Assembly: GCA_943846785.1 (NCBI GenBank)
Contig: OX044367.1
Location: forward strand, 132,276 to 196,275
Source: an uncultured SAR86 cluster bacterium
Lineage (GTDB): Bacteria; Pseudomonadota; Gammaproteobacteria; Magnimaribacterales; D2472
Direction: 5' to 3'
Length of the DNA stretch: 64,000 bases
Both the position numbers and the translations under genes were made by a program. Every line of letters starts with the position of its first letter. The first letter of the stretch is position 1. Positions 9,465 to 19,847 of this stretch are shown piece after piece. The notes under the pieces were generated by a model. That model did no database searches and was not told the origin of the DNA. It saw nothing but the letters and a program-made list of their open reading frames with translations.

Positions 9465-10205
9465 TTAGAACTTTTCCATATAGGGTCTTAAATCTAGCTC
9501 ATGTGTCCATGCACTTCTGTGTTGAGAATGAACAAACCAATATGAATCTGCAATACTTTCAGGTGATAGGATACCGTCTTTTTCTTTAAGAGCATATGTA
9601 TCCGGGAAAGTCTCTTTTATAAATGCAGTATCTATTGCACCATCTATAATGAAATGAGCAACATGAATACCTTGAGGTCCAAGTTCTCTGGCCATACTCT
9701 GGCTAAGCGCTCTTAGAGCAAATTTTGCACTTGCAAATGCTGCAAACCCAGAACCACCCCTTAATGAAGCCGTTGCACCTGTAAAGAAAATGCTCCCTGA
9801 CTGTCTTTTTTTCATATATTTTACTGCTTCTCTTCCAGTTAAGAATCCACCAAATGCTGCCATTTCCCAAACTTTTTTGAAAACCCTTGAAGTAGTTTCT
9901 TCAATTGAAAAAAATACATTAGCTCCTGGATTAAAAATAACAACATCTATCGGAGCAATATTTTCTTCAACTTCTTTAAATAAATTAGCTATTGAGTCCT
10001 CATCACGAGCATCAACACCAAAACCCCTAGCCCATCCTCCAGAATCATTTATTTCATTTGCAAGTTCATTTACTTTTTCTAAGCTACCTGGTCTCCTTAC
10101 TGGACATACTTTATATCCATGATTTGCAAACTTTTTTGTAAGAGCAGAGCCAGTAGCATCTCCAGCTCCTATAATTATTGCTGAATATTTTGAAAAATCT
10201 TTCAT
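9465..10205 (-). CDS. SDR-fold protein with a non-canonical catalytic motif
   Basis: The Rossmann N-terminus IIGAGDATGSAL is present. FASAK stands where YxxxK is expected, in GATASLRGGSGFAAFASAKFALRAL. Confidence 0.6.
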   Translation of the reverse strand: MKDFSKYSAIIIGAGDATGSALTKKFANHGYKVCPVRRPGSLEKVNELANEINDSGGWARGFGVDARDEDSIANLFKEVEENIAPIDVVIFNPGANVFFSIEETTSRVFKKVWEMAAFGGFLTGREAVKYMKKRQSGSIFFTGATASLRGGSGFAAFASAKFALRALSQSMARELGPQGIHVAHFIIDGAIDTAFIKETFPDTYALKEKDGILSPESIADSYWFVHSQHRSAWTHELDLRPYMEKF

Positions 10206-10251
10206 ATGCGTGTTTAATTGTTTATATAACTTTACAAAATTGTAGGTACAA

Positions 10252-10857
10252 ATGAAAGTAGACTTTATTTTTGATATAGCAAGCCCTAATGCATATTTCT
10301 GTCATCAATTAATCCCAGATTTTGAAGATAGGACTGGGGTTAAATTTAACTATATTCCTTGTTTGCTTGGCGGGATAATGAAACTATCAGGCAATCAGCC
10401 TCCTTTCGTTGCTTTTGCTGATATAAAAAATAAAAATGATTATCAATTAATTGAAATTGAGAGGTTCGTAAAACAACATAATCTTATCAAATATAAATTC
10501 AATTCTAATTTTCCAATGAATACCGTTCAGGTTCAAAGAGGTGCACTTGCAGCTCAAGAACTAGATATATTTGATGAATACTTGGAGTCAATGTTACGAG
10601 CAATGTGGGAAGAAAATAAAAATCTTTCAGATCTAGATGTGCTTCAAGCTACTCTGGTTGAAAATAATCTCGATGCAGAGTCAATTATTAAAATAGTTAC
10701 CTCTCAAGAATGCAAGGATAAGCTAATTGCAAATACAAGTGATGCTGTTGAAAGGGGGGCTTTTGGTGTTCCAACTTTCTTCTTTAATGACCAAATATTT
10801 TTTGGCAAAGATCACCTTCATCAACTTGAAGAATATATTAATTCATCTCAGGGATAG
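10252..10857 (+). CDS. DsbA-fold 2-hydroxychromene-2-carboxylate isomerase family protein
   Basis: The N-terminus VDFIFDIASPNAYF has no CxxC motif and the C-terminus carries GAFGVPTFF, both typical of the HCCA isomerase/DsbA-like family. Confidence 0.6.
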   Translation: MKVDFIFDIASPNAYFCHQLIPDFEDRTGVKFNYIPCLLGGIMKLSGNQPPFVAFADIKNKNDYQLIEIERFVKQHNLIKYKFNSNFPMNTVQVQRGALAAQELDIFDEYLESMLRAMWEENKNLSDLDVLQATLVENNLDAESIIKIVTSQECKDKLIANTSDAVERGAFGVPTFFFNDQIFFGKDHLHQLEEYINSSQG

Positions 10858-10906
10858 AACTTTTTATAAAATACTCTTTCAAAGCTAAGAGGTATAAAAT
10901 AAATCT

Positions 10907-13249
10907 ATGAAGAGATCTTTTCTCATAATCAATGTTTGTGTGCTTTTAGCTTCAACAAACTTTGCATATAGCGATATAAATAAAGAATTCATTCTTTCGC
11001 CAGCTCCTGAATCTAATATAAATAGATGTTTAATTTATTCACCTATTATGGGTGTAGTAAAAGATGGTCAAGATCTAAAAATCAATTCAAATGAATTTGA
11101 GTTTACAGATGATCAGAAACTCATTTTGAAAGGAGATGTTGAATTAGATTTCCCTGAAGGCTTGTTGAGAGCAGATAAGGCAAATTTAGATAGAGAGAAT
11201 GGAAAAATACAGTTTTTTAATAAAGGTGAAATTTTCTTAGAAGATTTTTACTTTATTGCAGAAAATGGATTCTTCAATAAGGAAAATAGTGAATTGGCTC
11301 TATCTAATGGAACAGCATATCTCAATCAGAGGAATCTTATTTTCAATTTTAATAATCTTGATGGTCGTTTGGATGGAGTAATAAATTTAACAAACACATC
11401 AGTAACATCCTGTGCTGATGTGAATCAGGGCTGGGCTATAGAGGCAAAAAGAATAAATCTTGATACTCAATCACAAAGAGGTATGGCTTCAAATATAAGA
11501 CTTAAGGTTATGGGAAAAACTATTCTTGCACTGCCTAAGCTTCCATTTGCAACTTCAAATGAAAGGATGACAGGCTTTCTTGAGCCCTCTCTATCTTTTT
11601 CATCAGATGGTGCGGATATAACCATCCCATATTATAAAGTTATATCACCCTCCTCTGATATTACGATTGCGCCAAGATTGATAGCAAAACGTGGGGAAGG
11701 TGTAGAAATAAATTTTAGATCGCTTCATGGAAAAAATAAAAATCTAAGAAATTTAGATCTTATATATTTCAATAAAGATAGTGAGTATGAAAAGGAAGGC
11801 TATGGAGATAGCTCTGCGAGATGGGCTTTCAATGTTTCAGATAGTTTTAGTTACAAATCTACTGAATTTGATTTAAATTGGTCAAAAGCTTCTGACAGTT
11901 TATTTTTAAGAGATATTCCAGGGGATATCACATCTATTGGATACCAAAGGATACAAAATTTAAGTCAGAATTTTTTAATATCTAAGCAGTTTAAGAATAC
12001 TCATATCAAAATTGAGCATCAGGGCTATCAATCTTTAAATCCTATCTTAACCAATGGTTACAAAAGATCTCCATCAATAGAATTAAACTATTCAAATAAA
12101 TTGGGTCCATTTATATTCAATGAGCTTATAAATATATCTTCATTTAAAGCAAATGACGTTCATGGTTATTTTGGCAATCAAGATATGTCAGGAAGCTATC
12201 AAAAAATTATTGAGGATCCTGCAGAGGGCTCTAGAATTTATTCTCAGTTATCTCTGCTTAATTATGCTCATCATAAAGGATTTTCAATCATTTCAAATTT
12301 TGGTATAAAAAGTATCACTTATGATTTAACAGATGCATCTTCTATAGACACTTCGGATGTTCATATCCCAAATGCATCTATAGATATAAGTTCAGCATTT
12401 TTAAGAAATGCTAAAAATGGCACGCATCAAATAGAGCCAAGGATTGTATTTGGTTACTCTGGATACAAGGATCAATCTAATAATCCAATATTTGATAGCG
12501 ATGAAGTCTCTATGAATAATGAGTTATTTTCTAACTTCCGTTTTTCAGGGATGGATAGAATTGGTGATCAAAAATTTTATACTTTAAGTCTTAACTATAA
12601 AAAATTACAAATGGGAATGGAGAAGATATCTATATCTATCTCAAAAAAATATTTTATAGAAGATAGAAAAACATGGATACGTTCAATGAAATCTATGTCA
12701 ATGAAAGATATGGAAATGGACAAAGGCCCAACAATAGTTATGGGAAAATGGATGCCAAATAAGAACACAATGCTTATGGCATACGGAGGTTATTTTAAAG
12801 AATCTAATAAGGTTCCACTTGGCGGTTTTACTCTAAAACATAATTTTAATAAAGGTTCTATTGGAGTTGCTAATAGATATAGGAGAATGTCGGGTGATTT
12901 TAATTACACTATGAATTACTCAGAGGTATTTGGTGATATTTATCTTAACTCTAAGTTTAAATTCATTGCAAAACTTAAACGTGATAATGAGATTAATAAA
13001 AATATAGAAAGTATTGTAGGTGTAGAGTATGAGAACTGCTGCTTTGCATTAAGAATAACAGGATCTGATAAAAATCTTTCAAGGTATAGTAATAAGGAGA
13101 TTTACTATCCATATTTAGCAGAAGCATGGGATAATATTATTCAAATTGAAAACAAAGGTAGAGTAAATTTTGAGTTTGAACTCAAGGGCTTTAACTCATC
13201 CTCTAATAAAATAAATAGATTGCTAAATAATTCACTTTTTAATTACTAA
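10907..13249 (+). CDS. lptD: LPS-assembly outer-membrane protein LptD
   Basis: This is a 780-aa protein with a signal peptide, an OstA-like N-domain and a large beta-rich body. It lies immediately upstream of surA-pdxA-rsmA. Confidence 0.8.
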   Translation: MKRSFLIINVCVLLASTNFAYSDINKEFILSPAPESNINRCLIYSPIMGVVKDGQDLKINSNEFEFTDDQKLILKGDVELDFPEGLLRADKANLDRENGKIQFFNKGEIFLEDFYFIAENGFFNKENSELALSNGTAYLNQRNLIFNFNNLDGRLDGVINLTNTSVTSCADVNQGWAIEAKRINLDTQSQRGMASNIRLKVMGKTILALPKLPFATSNERMTGFLEPSLSFSSDGADITIPYYKVISPSSDITIAPRLIAKRGEGVEINFRSLHGKNKNLRNLDLIYFNKDSEYEKEGYGDSSARWAFNVSDSFSYKSTEFDLNWSKASDSLFLRDIPGDITSIGYQRIQNLSQNFLISKQFKNTHIKIEHQGYQSLNPILTNGYKRSPSIELNYSNKLGPFIFNELINISSFKANDVHGYFGNQDMSGSYQKIIEDPAEGSRIYSQLSLLNYAHHKGFSIISNFGIKSITYDLTDASSIDTSDVHIPNASIDISSAFLRNAKNGTHQIEPRIVFGYSGYKDQSNNPIFDSDEVSMNNELFSNFRFSGMDRIGDQKFYTLSLNYKKLQMGMEKISISISKKYFIEDRKTWIRSMKSMSMKDMEMDKGPTIVMGKWMPNKNTMLMAYGGYFKESNKVPLGGFTLKHNFNKGSIGVANRYRRMSGDFNYTMNYSEVFGDIYLNSKFKFIAKLKRDNEINKNIESIVGVEYENCCFALRITGSDKNLSRYSNKEIYYPYLAEAWDNIIQIENKGRVNFEFELKGFNSSSNKINRLLNNSLFNY

Positions 13250-13256
13250 ATTTAAT

Positions 13257-14498
13257 ATGAAAAAAATATTTTTACCCGCATTTGCCCTTCTAATTCCTTC
13301 TTTATATTCTGCAATAGAGATACTAGATAGGGTTGCAGTCATCGTTGATGATGGCTTGATCATGGAATCTCAAATCAACAGCGATTTTGAAGAAATGACA
13401 ATGAGATACGATCAACAGAATATTCCAAAACCGGCTGATAAAGAACTTTTAGAGCAAGTAACTGAGAGATTGATTATAGAAGAGCTTCAGCTTCAAATGG
13501 CTGACAGGGCTGGAATAAGAATAAGTGATTCTGAGCTTAACCAAACAATGGGAAGGGTCGCTGCTAATAATCAAATGGAACTACAAGATTTCATAGTCTC
13601 CTTAGAAAAAGAAGGAACTAGCTATGAGGATTTAAGAGAGCAAATTCGTAAAGAAATGATAATCCAAAGGATACAAAGAGGAAGAGTTCAATCAGAAATT
13701 GATATAACCGCTAAAGAGTTTGAAGCATTCTTAGCGACTGACGAGTCACTGATAGAGTTGGAACCTGAATTATTAGTAAAGCAGATACTTGTAAAAACTT
13801 TTAATGAGGCAAATTTAGCAATAGAAAGAATCAACGGAGGGGAAGATTTTTCTGAACTTGCTAAAGAGATTTCAATAAGCAGCAATGCCTCTACTGGCGG
13901 GCTTATGCCTCCGAGAAAAGCTGCTGATATGCCAAAATTATTCTCGGATGCCATTGATAATAAAAGTGTCGGTTATGTCAGTGAACCTTTAGAGAGCGGA
14001 GCAGGATTCCATGTACTAAAACTTGAAGAAAAAAGAGGTACTTTTGTAAGATATGAAGATCAGTGGTTTTCAAGACATATCTTATTAATGCCGTCAGCAA
14101 TAAGAAGCGAAGAAGAAACTGAAAGAGAACTCAAAACCATAAGACAAAGGGTTATAGATGGAGAAAGTTTCGAATCGCTTGCCGAGGAATTTTCTGAGGA
14201 TCCAGGGTCTTCTAAATTAGGTGGTGTATTGGATTGGCTTGGAAGAGGTGTGCTTGCTCCTGAGTTTGAAGAAACAATGATATCTTCAGAAATTGGAGTC
14301 CTATCTGAAGTTTTTCAAACTCAATTTGGTTTTCATTTTTTAGAAGTAATGGATAAAAGAAATCATGACATGACAAGAGAGTTAATTGAAGATCAGGCAT
14401 ATCAAGTTCTTTACTCCAGAAAATATGATGAACAACTTGAGAATACTTTGAGATCAATGCGCGCAGAAGCATTTGTTGAATTTAAAGATCTAGATTGA
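13257..14498 (+). CDS. surA: Periplasmic chaperone / peptidyl-prolyl isomerase SurA
   Basis: A signal peptide is followed by DRVAVIVDD and two parvulin-like segments (GFHVLKLEEKR, GFHFLEVMDKR). Confidence 0.85.
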   Translation: MKKIFLPAFALLIPSLYSAIEILDRVAVIVDDGLIMESQINSDFEEMTMRYDQQNIPKPADKELLEQVTERLIIEELQLQMADRAGIRISDSELNQTMGRVAANNQMELQDFIVSLEKEGTSYEDLREQIRKEMIIQRIQRGRVQSEIDITAKEFEAFLATDESLIELEPELLVKQILVKTFNEANLAIERINGGEDFSELAKEISISSNASTGGLMPPRKAADMPKLFSDAIDNKSVGYVSEPLESGAGFHVLKLEEKRGTFVRYEDQWFSRHILLMPSAIRSEEETERELKTIRQRVIDGESFESLAEEFSEDPGSSKLGGVLDWLGRGVLAPEFEETMISSEIGVLSEVFQTQFGFHFLEVMDKRNHDMTRELIEDQAYQVLYSRKYDEQLENTLRSMRAEAFVEFKDLD

Positions 14499-15472
14499 AA
14501 AAAATTATTTACTCTCCTGGAGAGCCATCAGGGATAGGACCTGATTTAATTATTCAGTTATGTTCTATGCCCTTTTGGGAAAAAATAAATGTCCCTGTTA
14601 TTTGCTTGGCAGATAAAAACCTTATACAAGACAGAGCCTTAATTCTAAACAAAAAAATAAAAATAACTCTACTAAAAGACATTAATAATGTTAACTCAAA
14701 TAAGCTTGGCGTTATTCAGGTTAAAGAAATATCTAAATGCAAAATTACAAAACCTGGCAAACTTTATAAGTCAAATGCAGCATATGTAATTAAAAATCTT
14801 GATTATGGTATTGATCAATCATTAGAGTTAAATACTAGCTTAGTAACAGGTCCGATTAGTAAAGAAAATATTATAACTATAAACAAAAACTTCTCAGGTC
14901 ATACTGAATATATTCAAAAGAAAACTAATAGCAACGATGTGCTTATGTTGCTAGGTTCAAAAAAGCTTAGGGTTGCCATTGCAACTACACATGTGCCTTT
15001 AAAACAAGTTGCAAAGTTAATAACGAAGAAACTTATCATTAATAAAGCCACAATTCTTCATGATGAATTGATAAATAAATTTAAAATAAAGAATCCAAGA
15101 ATAAAATTACTTGGTCTTAATCCTCATGCTGGAGAAGGTGGAAAAATAGGTACAGAAGAAAAAAATATTCTTGAGCCTGCTGTGGCTGAATTGAAAAGGA
15201 GGAATATTAATATCTCTATGCCGTTATCTGCTGATACAGCATTTACAAAAAAAATATTAAAAAGTACTGATGCATATCTTGGAATGTATCACGATCAAGT
15301 TCTGCCAGTAATTAAAGCACTGAGTTTTGGAAATACAATTAATATTACTCTAGGTGTTCCAATTATTAGGACCTCAGTAGACCATGGAGTTGCTTTGGAT
15401 ATTGCTGGAACCGGAATGTCTGATACATCTTCTCTTGAAGAGGCATTATTGGCTGCAAAAAGAATGATGTAA
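14495..15472 (+). CDS. pdxA: 4-hydroxythreonine-4-phosphate dehydrogenase
   Basis: Motifs GEPSGIGPD, NPHAGEGG and TSVDHGVALDIAG are present. The TTG start overlaps the surA TGA stop (TTGA). Confidence 0.9.
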   Translation: MKKIIYSPGEPSGIGPDLIIQLCSMPFWEKINVPVICLADKNLIQDRALILNKKIKITLLKDINNVNSNKLGVIQVKEISKCKITKPGKLYKSNAAYVIKNLDYGIDQSLELNTSLVTGPISKENIITINKNFSGHTEYIQKKTNSNDVLMLLGSKKLRVAIATTHVPLKQVAKLITKKLIINKATILHDELINKFKIKNPRIKLLGLNPHAGEGGKIGTEEKNILEPAVAELKRRNINISMPLSADTAFTKKILKSTDAYLGMYHDQVLPVIKALSFGNTINITLGVPIIRTSVDHGVALDIAGTGMSDTSSLEEALLAAKRMM

Positions 15473-16242
15473 TGGAAAAAAGAGATGTAAGAAGAAAGTT
15501 TGGGCAAAATTATTTGTCAGATCCCGCTATTATTTTTGAAATGGGGCAAGCAATAGCCCCCTACTCTGGAAATAAATTTTTAGAAGTTGGTCCTGGCTTG
15601 GGAGCTCTAACAAAAACTTTAAATCATCCAGGTATTAAAATTAAAGCCATTGATGTTGATAAAAGTAATATTGATTTTTTATCAAAAAACTTTCAAGGCC
15701 CTGCTGAGTTTGACCTTGTTCATGATGATATATTGAAAATATCTTTTAATTTTCTTGAAACTGGTAATTTTAGGATAGCTGGTAATCTTCCATACAATAT
15801 TTCTACACAAATTATCTTAAAATTTATTCAATGGTCGAAATATATACAGGACATGCACTTCCTAGTTCAAAAAGAGGTAGCTGAAAAAATTACAGGAAAT
15901 ATTAAGACTAAAAATTGGGGAAAACTATCTATAAAAATCTCTACTTTTTTTAATACTGAAATATTATTTGATGTACCGCCTGAGTCTTTTGATATTAAAC
16001 CAAAAGTTATGTCTAGCTTCATTAGAATGACGCCAAAAAAGAATGTGGAATTAGAACCAAAGTTAATTACAAATTTATACAAGGTTATAGATTTATCATT
16101 TTCATCTAGAAGAAAGAATATAAGGAATAATTTAAAGAAACAAAATTTTAATTGGGAAAAGCTTGATATTGATAACAACCTAAGGCCAGAAGAGCTATCG
16201 CTTGAGGATTATCTGAAGCTTGCTGAGTGTTTTAAAGAATAA
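15472..16242 (+). CDS. rsmA: 16S rRNA (adenine1518/1519-N6)-dimethyltransferase
   Basis: Motifs KFGQNYL, EVGPGLGALT and GNLPYNIST are present. Confidence 0.9.
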   Translation: MEKRDVRRKFGQNYLSDPAIIFEMGQAIAPYSGNKFLEVGPGLGALTKTLNHPGIKIKAIDVDKSNIDFLSKNFQGPAEFDLVHDDILKISFNFLETGNFRIAGNLPYNISTQIILKFIQWSKYIQDMHFLVQKEVAEKITGNIKTKNWGKLSIKISTFFNTEILFDVPPESFDIKPKVMSSFIRMTPKKNVELEPKLITNLYKVIDLSFSSRRKNIRNNLKKQNFNWEKLDIDNNLRPEELSLEDYLKLAECFKE

Positions 16243-17048
16243 TGGCTCACTATGTTATTGGTGACGTTCAAGGATGCTATGCAGAGCTTGAGAAACTTGT
16301 TAATAAAATAAATTTTAATCCGGATAAAGATAAAATCATATTTGCAGGCGATCTTGTTAATAGAGGTACGCAGTCTTTAGAAGTTATGGAATTTTGTATA
16401 AAGTATAAAAATTCTGTGAAGGCAGTTCTTGGCAATCATGATTTCTACTTACTCTATCTTATTGAACACAAAAAAAAGAATAGATCATTAAGAAAAGTTC
16501 TAGAATCAGAAAACATTGAAAAATATCATAAATGGTTAAAAAAGTTACCCTTATTGCTTGAGATTAAAATAAAAAAGACAGATGAGGTTTTTTGGATATC
16601 GCATGCAGGCATACCTTTTATTTGGGACATTAGACTGGCTAAAAAATTATCTAAAGAAATCCAACTTGGAATGAGAGAAGACTCTTTTAGATTGTTAGAA
16701 AATATATGGGGTGATACTCCTAAAATATGGAACTCAAATCTTAAAGAATATAAGAGATCTAGGACTATTATTAATTACTTTACAAGAATGCGGTTTTTAG
16801 GAAAAGATGGATCTCTAAAGCTAAAAGCAAAAAAAAATAAAGAAGATAAGGTTCATATCCCTTGGTTTAAACAGACTGTAAATAATTTAAAAGATAATGA
16901 GTTCATAGTATTTGGCCACTGGGCCGCTCTTGAAGGAAAAACTAATTTAGAGAATATAATTGGATTAGATACAGGATGCGTTTGGGGAAATAAACTTACG
17001 GCGATAAGATTAGAAGATAGAAAAATATTTCAAGTTAAAAAATCATGA
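16242..17048 (+). CDS. apaH: Bis(5'-nucleosyl)-tetraphosphatase (symmetrical)
   Basis: Metallophosphatase motifs YVIGDVQGC, GDLVNRG and GNHD are present. The gene follows rsmA directly. Confidence 0.85.
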   Translation: MAHYVIGDVQGCYAELEKLVNKINFNPDKDKIIFAGDLVNRGTQSLEVMEFCIKYKNSVKAVLGNHDFYLLYLIEHKKKNRSLRKVLESENIEKYHKWLKKLPLLLEIKIKKTDEVFWISHAGIPFIWDIRLAKKLSKEIQLGMREDSFRLLENIWGDTPKIWNSNLKEYKRSRTIINYFTRMRFLGKDGSLKLKAKKNKEDKVHIPWFKQTVNNLKDNEFIVFGHWAALEGKTNLENIIGLDTGCVWGNKLTAIRLEDRKIFQVKKS

Positions 17049-18064
17049 AAATATATGAGGTTGGTGGAGCTGTTCGAGATACACTCCTTGGAACTAAGCC
17101 CAATGATAAAGATTGGGTTGTGGTTGGGTCTTCTCCAGAAGAAATGACTGCGCTAGGTTTTAAACCAATCGGGAAGGACTTTCCAGTCTTCTTGCATCCA
17201 GAAACCAAAGAGGAATATGCTTTAGCAAGAACTGAAAGAAAAAGTGGTCATGGCTATCATGGGTTTAACTTCTATTTCGGTAAAGATGTAACGCTTGAAG
17301 AGGATCTTTCAAGAAGAGATTTCACTATTAATTCGATTGCTAAAGATGATAAAGGAAATTTTATTGATCCTTTTTCAGGTATTAATGATATTAAAAATAA
17401 AATTTTTAGGCATGTTTCTGATGCATTTTCAGAAGATCCGTTAAGGGCGATTAGGTTAGCAAGATTTAAAACCTACGACCATCTTAAAGACTTTACAATT
17501 CATTCAAAAACAGAAGAACTTCTGAGAAAAATAGTGAAGTCTAATGAGATTAAAACATTATCAGAAAACAGAATATGGACTGAAACTGAAAGAGCTCTGT
17601 CTTCAAATAATCCGAATATTTATTTTGATATCCTTCTTAGGTTTGAGATGCATATATTTCATTTTCCAGGCCTTGCAAAAACTAATTGTGACTCGTGCGA
17701 TAGCCCTTTGGTAAGATGGGCAGAATTACAAATAAATAATAAATTTGCATTAGAGAACAACCTTCCAATTCCGAATAACTTTCAAAATGCCTTAGAAATT
17801 TTAAAGAAATTAGTAGTAATTGAAGACGAAGCCAATGATAAAAACATTTTAATGGTCTTACAAAAAATTAGATTTGAACAAAACGAAGACCTAATAAAAA
17901 AAATTGTATTACTTCCTCATCTTCAAAAAACTAAAGATTTAATTCTAAGATTATTAGAAGTAATAAAAAAAACTGACTTCTCAATATTGGCAAAGGTCTC
18001 AAAAGAGCATATTGAAGAAGAAAAGATTAAACTACTCAATCAAGTTATAAAAGAATCAAAATGA
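17045..18064 (+). CDS. cca: CCA-adding tRNA nucleotidyltransferase (short form, no recognisable HD domain)
   Basis: The class II head motifs YEVGGAVRD, DKDWVV and RRDFTIN are present. The protein is 339 aa and I did not see an HDxGK motif. Confidence 0.8.
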   Translation: MKIYEVGGAVRDTLLGTKPNDKDWVVVGSSPEEMTALGFKPIGKDFPVFLHPETKEEYALARTERKSGHGYHGFNFYFGKDVTLEEDLSRRDFTINSIAKDDKGNFIDPFSGINDIKNKIFRHVSDAFSEDPLRAIRLARFKTYDHLKDFTIHSKTEELLRKIVKSNEIKTLSENRIWTETERALSSNNPNIYFDILLRFEMHIFHFPGLAKTNCDSCDSPLVRWAELQINNKFALENNLPIPNNFQNALEILKKLVVIEDEANDKNILMVLQKIRFEQNEDLIKKIVLLPHLQKTKDLILRLLEVIKKTDFSILAKVSKEHIEEEKIKLLNQVIKESK

Positions 18065-18786
18065 ATAAAACAATTTTAATCACTGGGGCAGCAAAAAGAA
18101 TTGGAAAAGAGATTGCTCTGACTTACTCTGAATTAGGATGGAATATTATTATTCATTACAATTCCTCAAAAAAGGATGCTGAAAAACTTGCAGAGAAAAT
18201 TAATTCAAAAAATCCAAATACTGCAAAAATAATTCAAGCTAATTTAGATATAGATAATGAAGTCTCAAAGCTTATAGATGAAAGTAAAAAACTTTTTGAT
18301 ACGATAGATATTCTTGTTAATAATGCATCTACCTTCTACCCAACTCCGATTGATAATATATCAAATGACCATTGGCAAAACCTAATAGGTTCTAATCTAA
18401 AAGGTCCTCTTTTTTTAATTCATGGGCTTAAAGATAAATTAAAAGAATCCAATGGCTCAATAATCAATATAACTGATACTAATTTGAGCAAGGGAGTTGC
18501 AAATTTCTCTATATACACTGCAGCTAAGGGGGGTTTAGAATCTATTACAAAAGGCTTGGCAAGAGAACTAGCTCCTGAGATTACTGTCAATGCAATTGCT
18601 CCTGGAGCAATGCTTGAACCGCCAGATGTAGAGTGGACTGAAGAACAAAAAGAAAAAGTTATTGCAAATATACCTTTAAAAAAAATGGGTTCTGAGAAGG
18701 ATATTGCTCAAGCTGTGAAATTTGTTGCCGATGCAAAATATATAACAGGACAGATTATTAAAGTTGATGGAGGGAGATCATTGTAA
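18061..18786 (+). CDS. SDR, pteridine reductase (PTR1/FolM)-like
   Basis: Motifs ITGAAKRIGKEIA...HYNSS and YTAAKGGLE (YxxxK) are present. The gene lies near folB and folK. Confidence 0.55.
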   Translation: MNKTILITGAAKRIGKEIALTYSELGWNIIIHYNSSKKDAEKLAEKINSKNPNTAKIIQANLDIDNEVSKLIDESKKLFDTIDILVNNASTFYPTPIDNISNDHWQNLIGSNLKGPLFLIHGLKDKLKESNGSIINITDTNLSKGVANFSIYTAAKGGLESITKGLARELAPEITVNAIAPGAMLEPPDVEWTEEQKEKVIANIPLKKMGSEKDIAQAVKFVADAKYITGQIIKVDGGRSL

Positions 18787-19847
18787 TGACGACTGATGCA
18801 CAAAAATATGAACAAATATTTTCTGGAACTAAAGAGGTTGCTGAGAATTTAAAAATTGAGATTTCAAAATTACAACCATGGATTGATGCTCATGTTCCTG
18901 GCGCTGGATCAATCAAAACAATTGAGCAATTCAAAGGTGGTCAATCAAATCCAACATACAAGATTATTACTGATGGAAAAAACCTTGTATTAAGAAGAAA
19001 ACCTCCAGGCAAGCTACTGCCATCAGCACATGCGGTTGATAGAGAATATAAAGTTATTACTGCTTTATATGAAACCGACGTGCCAGTGCCTAAAACATAT
19101 GGATTGTGCACTGATGAAGATGTTGCTGGGACTGCATTTTTTGTTATGGACTGTCTCGATGGAGATATATATTGGGATCCAATGTTGCCCTCTCTTTCAA
19201 AAGAGCAGCGTATTAAAGTCTATCAAAATAAAAATAAGACACTTGCAGCTCTTCACAGCGTTGATTATAAGAAAGTTGGCCTTGATGATTATGGCAAGCC
19301 TGGAAACTATGTTGCAAGGCAAGTCTCTAGATGGTCAAAACAATATGTAGCATCTGAAACTGACAATATTGAAGCTATGAATAACTTAATTGAGTGGTTG
19401 CCTAAAAATATTCCTGATGATGATGAGACTTCCATTGTTCATGGTGATTATCGTTTGGATAATATGATAATGAAGAACCAAGAAGTTATTGGAGTTCTTG
19501 ATTGGGAACTTTCTACTTTAGGACATCCTGTAGCAGATTTTAGTTATCATTGTTTAACTTGGAGAACTGAACCGCTCTACTATGATTACGCAAAACTAAA
19601 AGAGCTTGGTGTACCCAATGAAATGGAATATCGTGATATGTATTCTGAGGCAACTGGAAAAGATATGTCAGCTAATTGGGAGTTTTATATGGCATTCAAT
19701 ATATTTAAAGTTGCTGCTATATGTCAGGGAATCTTAGGAAGAGTAAGAGATGGAACGGCTGCTAGCAAGCATGCTGAGGATAGAGGGATGAAAGTCTATC
19801 CTTTATCAGATGGAGCCTGGTCTATAGTTGAAAAGCATTTTAAATAA
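18786..19847 (+). CDS. APH-fold phosphotransferase (ACAD10/11 N-domain-like)
   Basis: Motifs HGDYRLDNMIM and VLDWELSTLGHPVADF are present. Confidence 0.7.
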   Translation: MTTDAQKYEQIFSGTKEVAENLKIEISKLQPWIDAHVPGAGSIKTIEQFKGGQSNPTYKIITDGKNLVLRRKPPGKLLPSAHAVDREYKVITALYETDVPVPKTYGLCTDEDVAGTAFFVMDCLDGDIYWDPMLPSLSKEQRIKVYQNKNKTLAALHSVDYKKVGLDDYGKPGNYVARQVSRWSKQYVASETDNIEAMNNLIEWLPKNIPDDDETSIVHGDYRLDNMIMKNQEVIGVLDWELSTLGHPVADFSYHCLTWRTEPLYYDYAKLKELGVPNEMEYRDMYSEATGKDMSANWEFYMAFNIFKVAAICQGILGRVRDGTAASKHAEDRGMKVYPLSDGAWSIVEKHFK

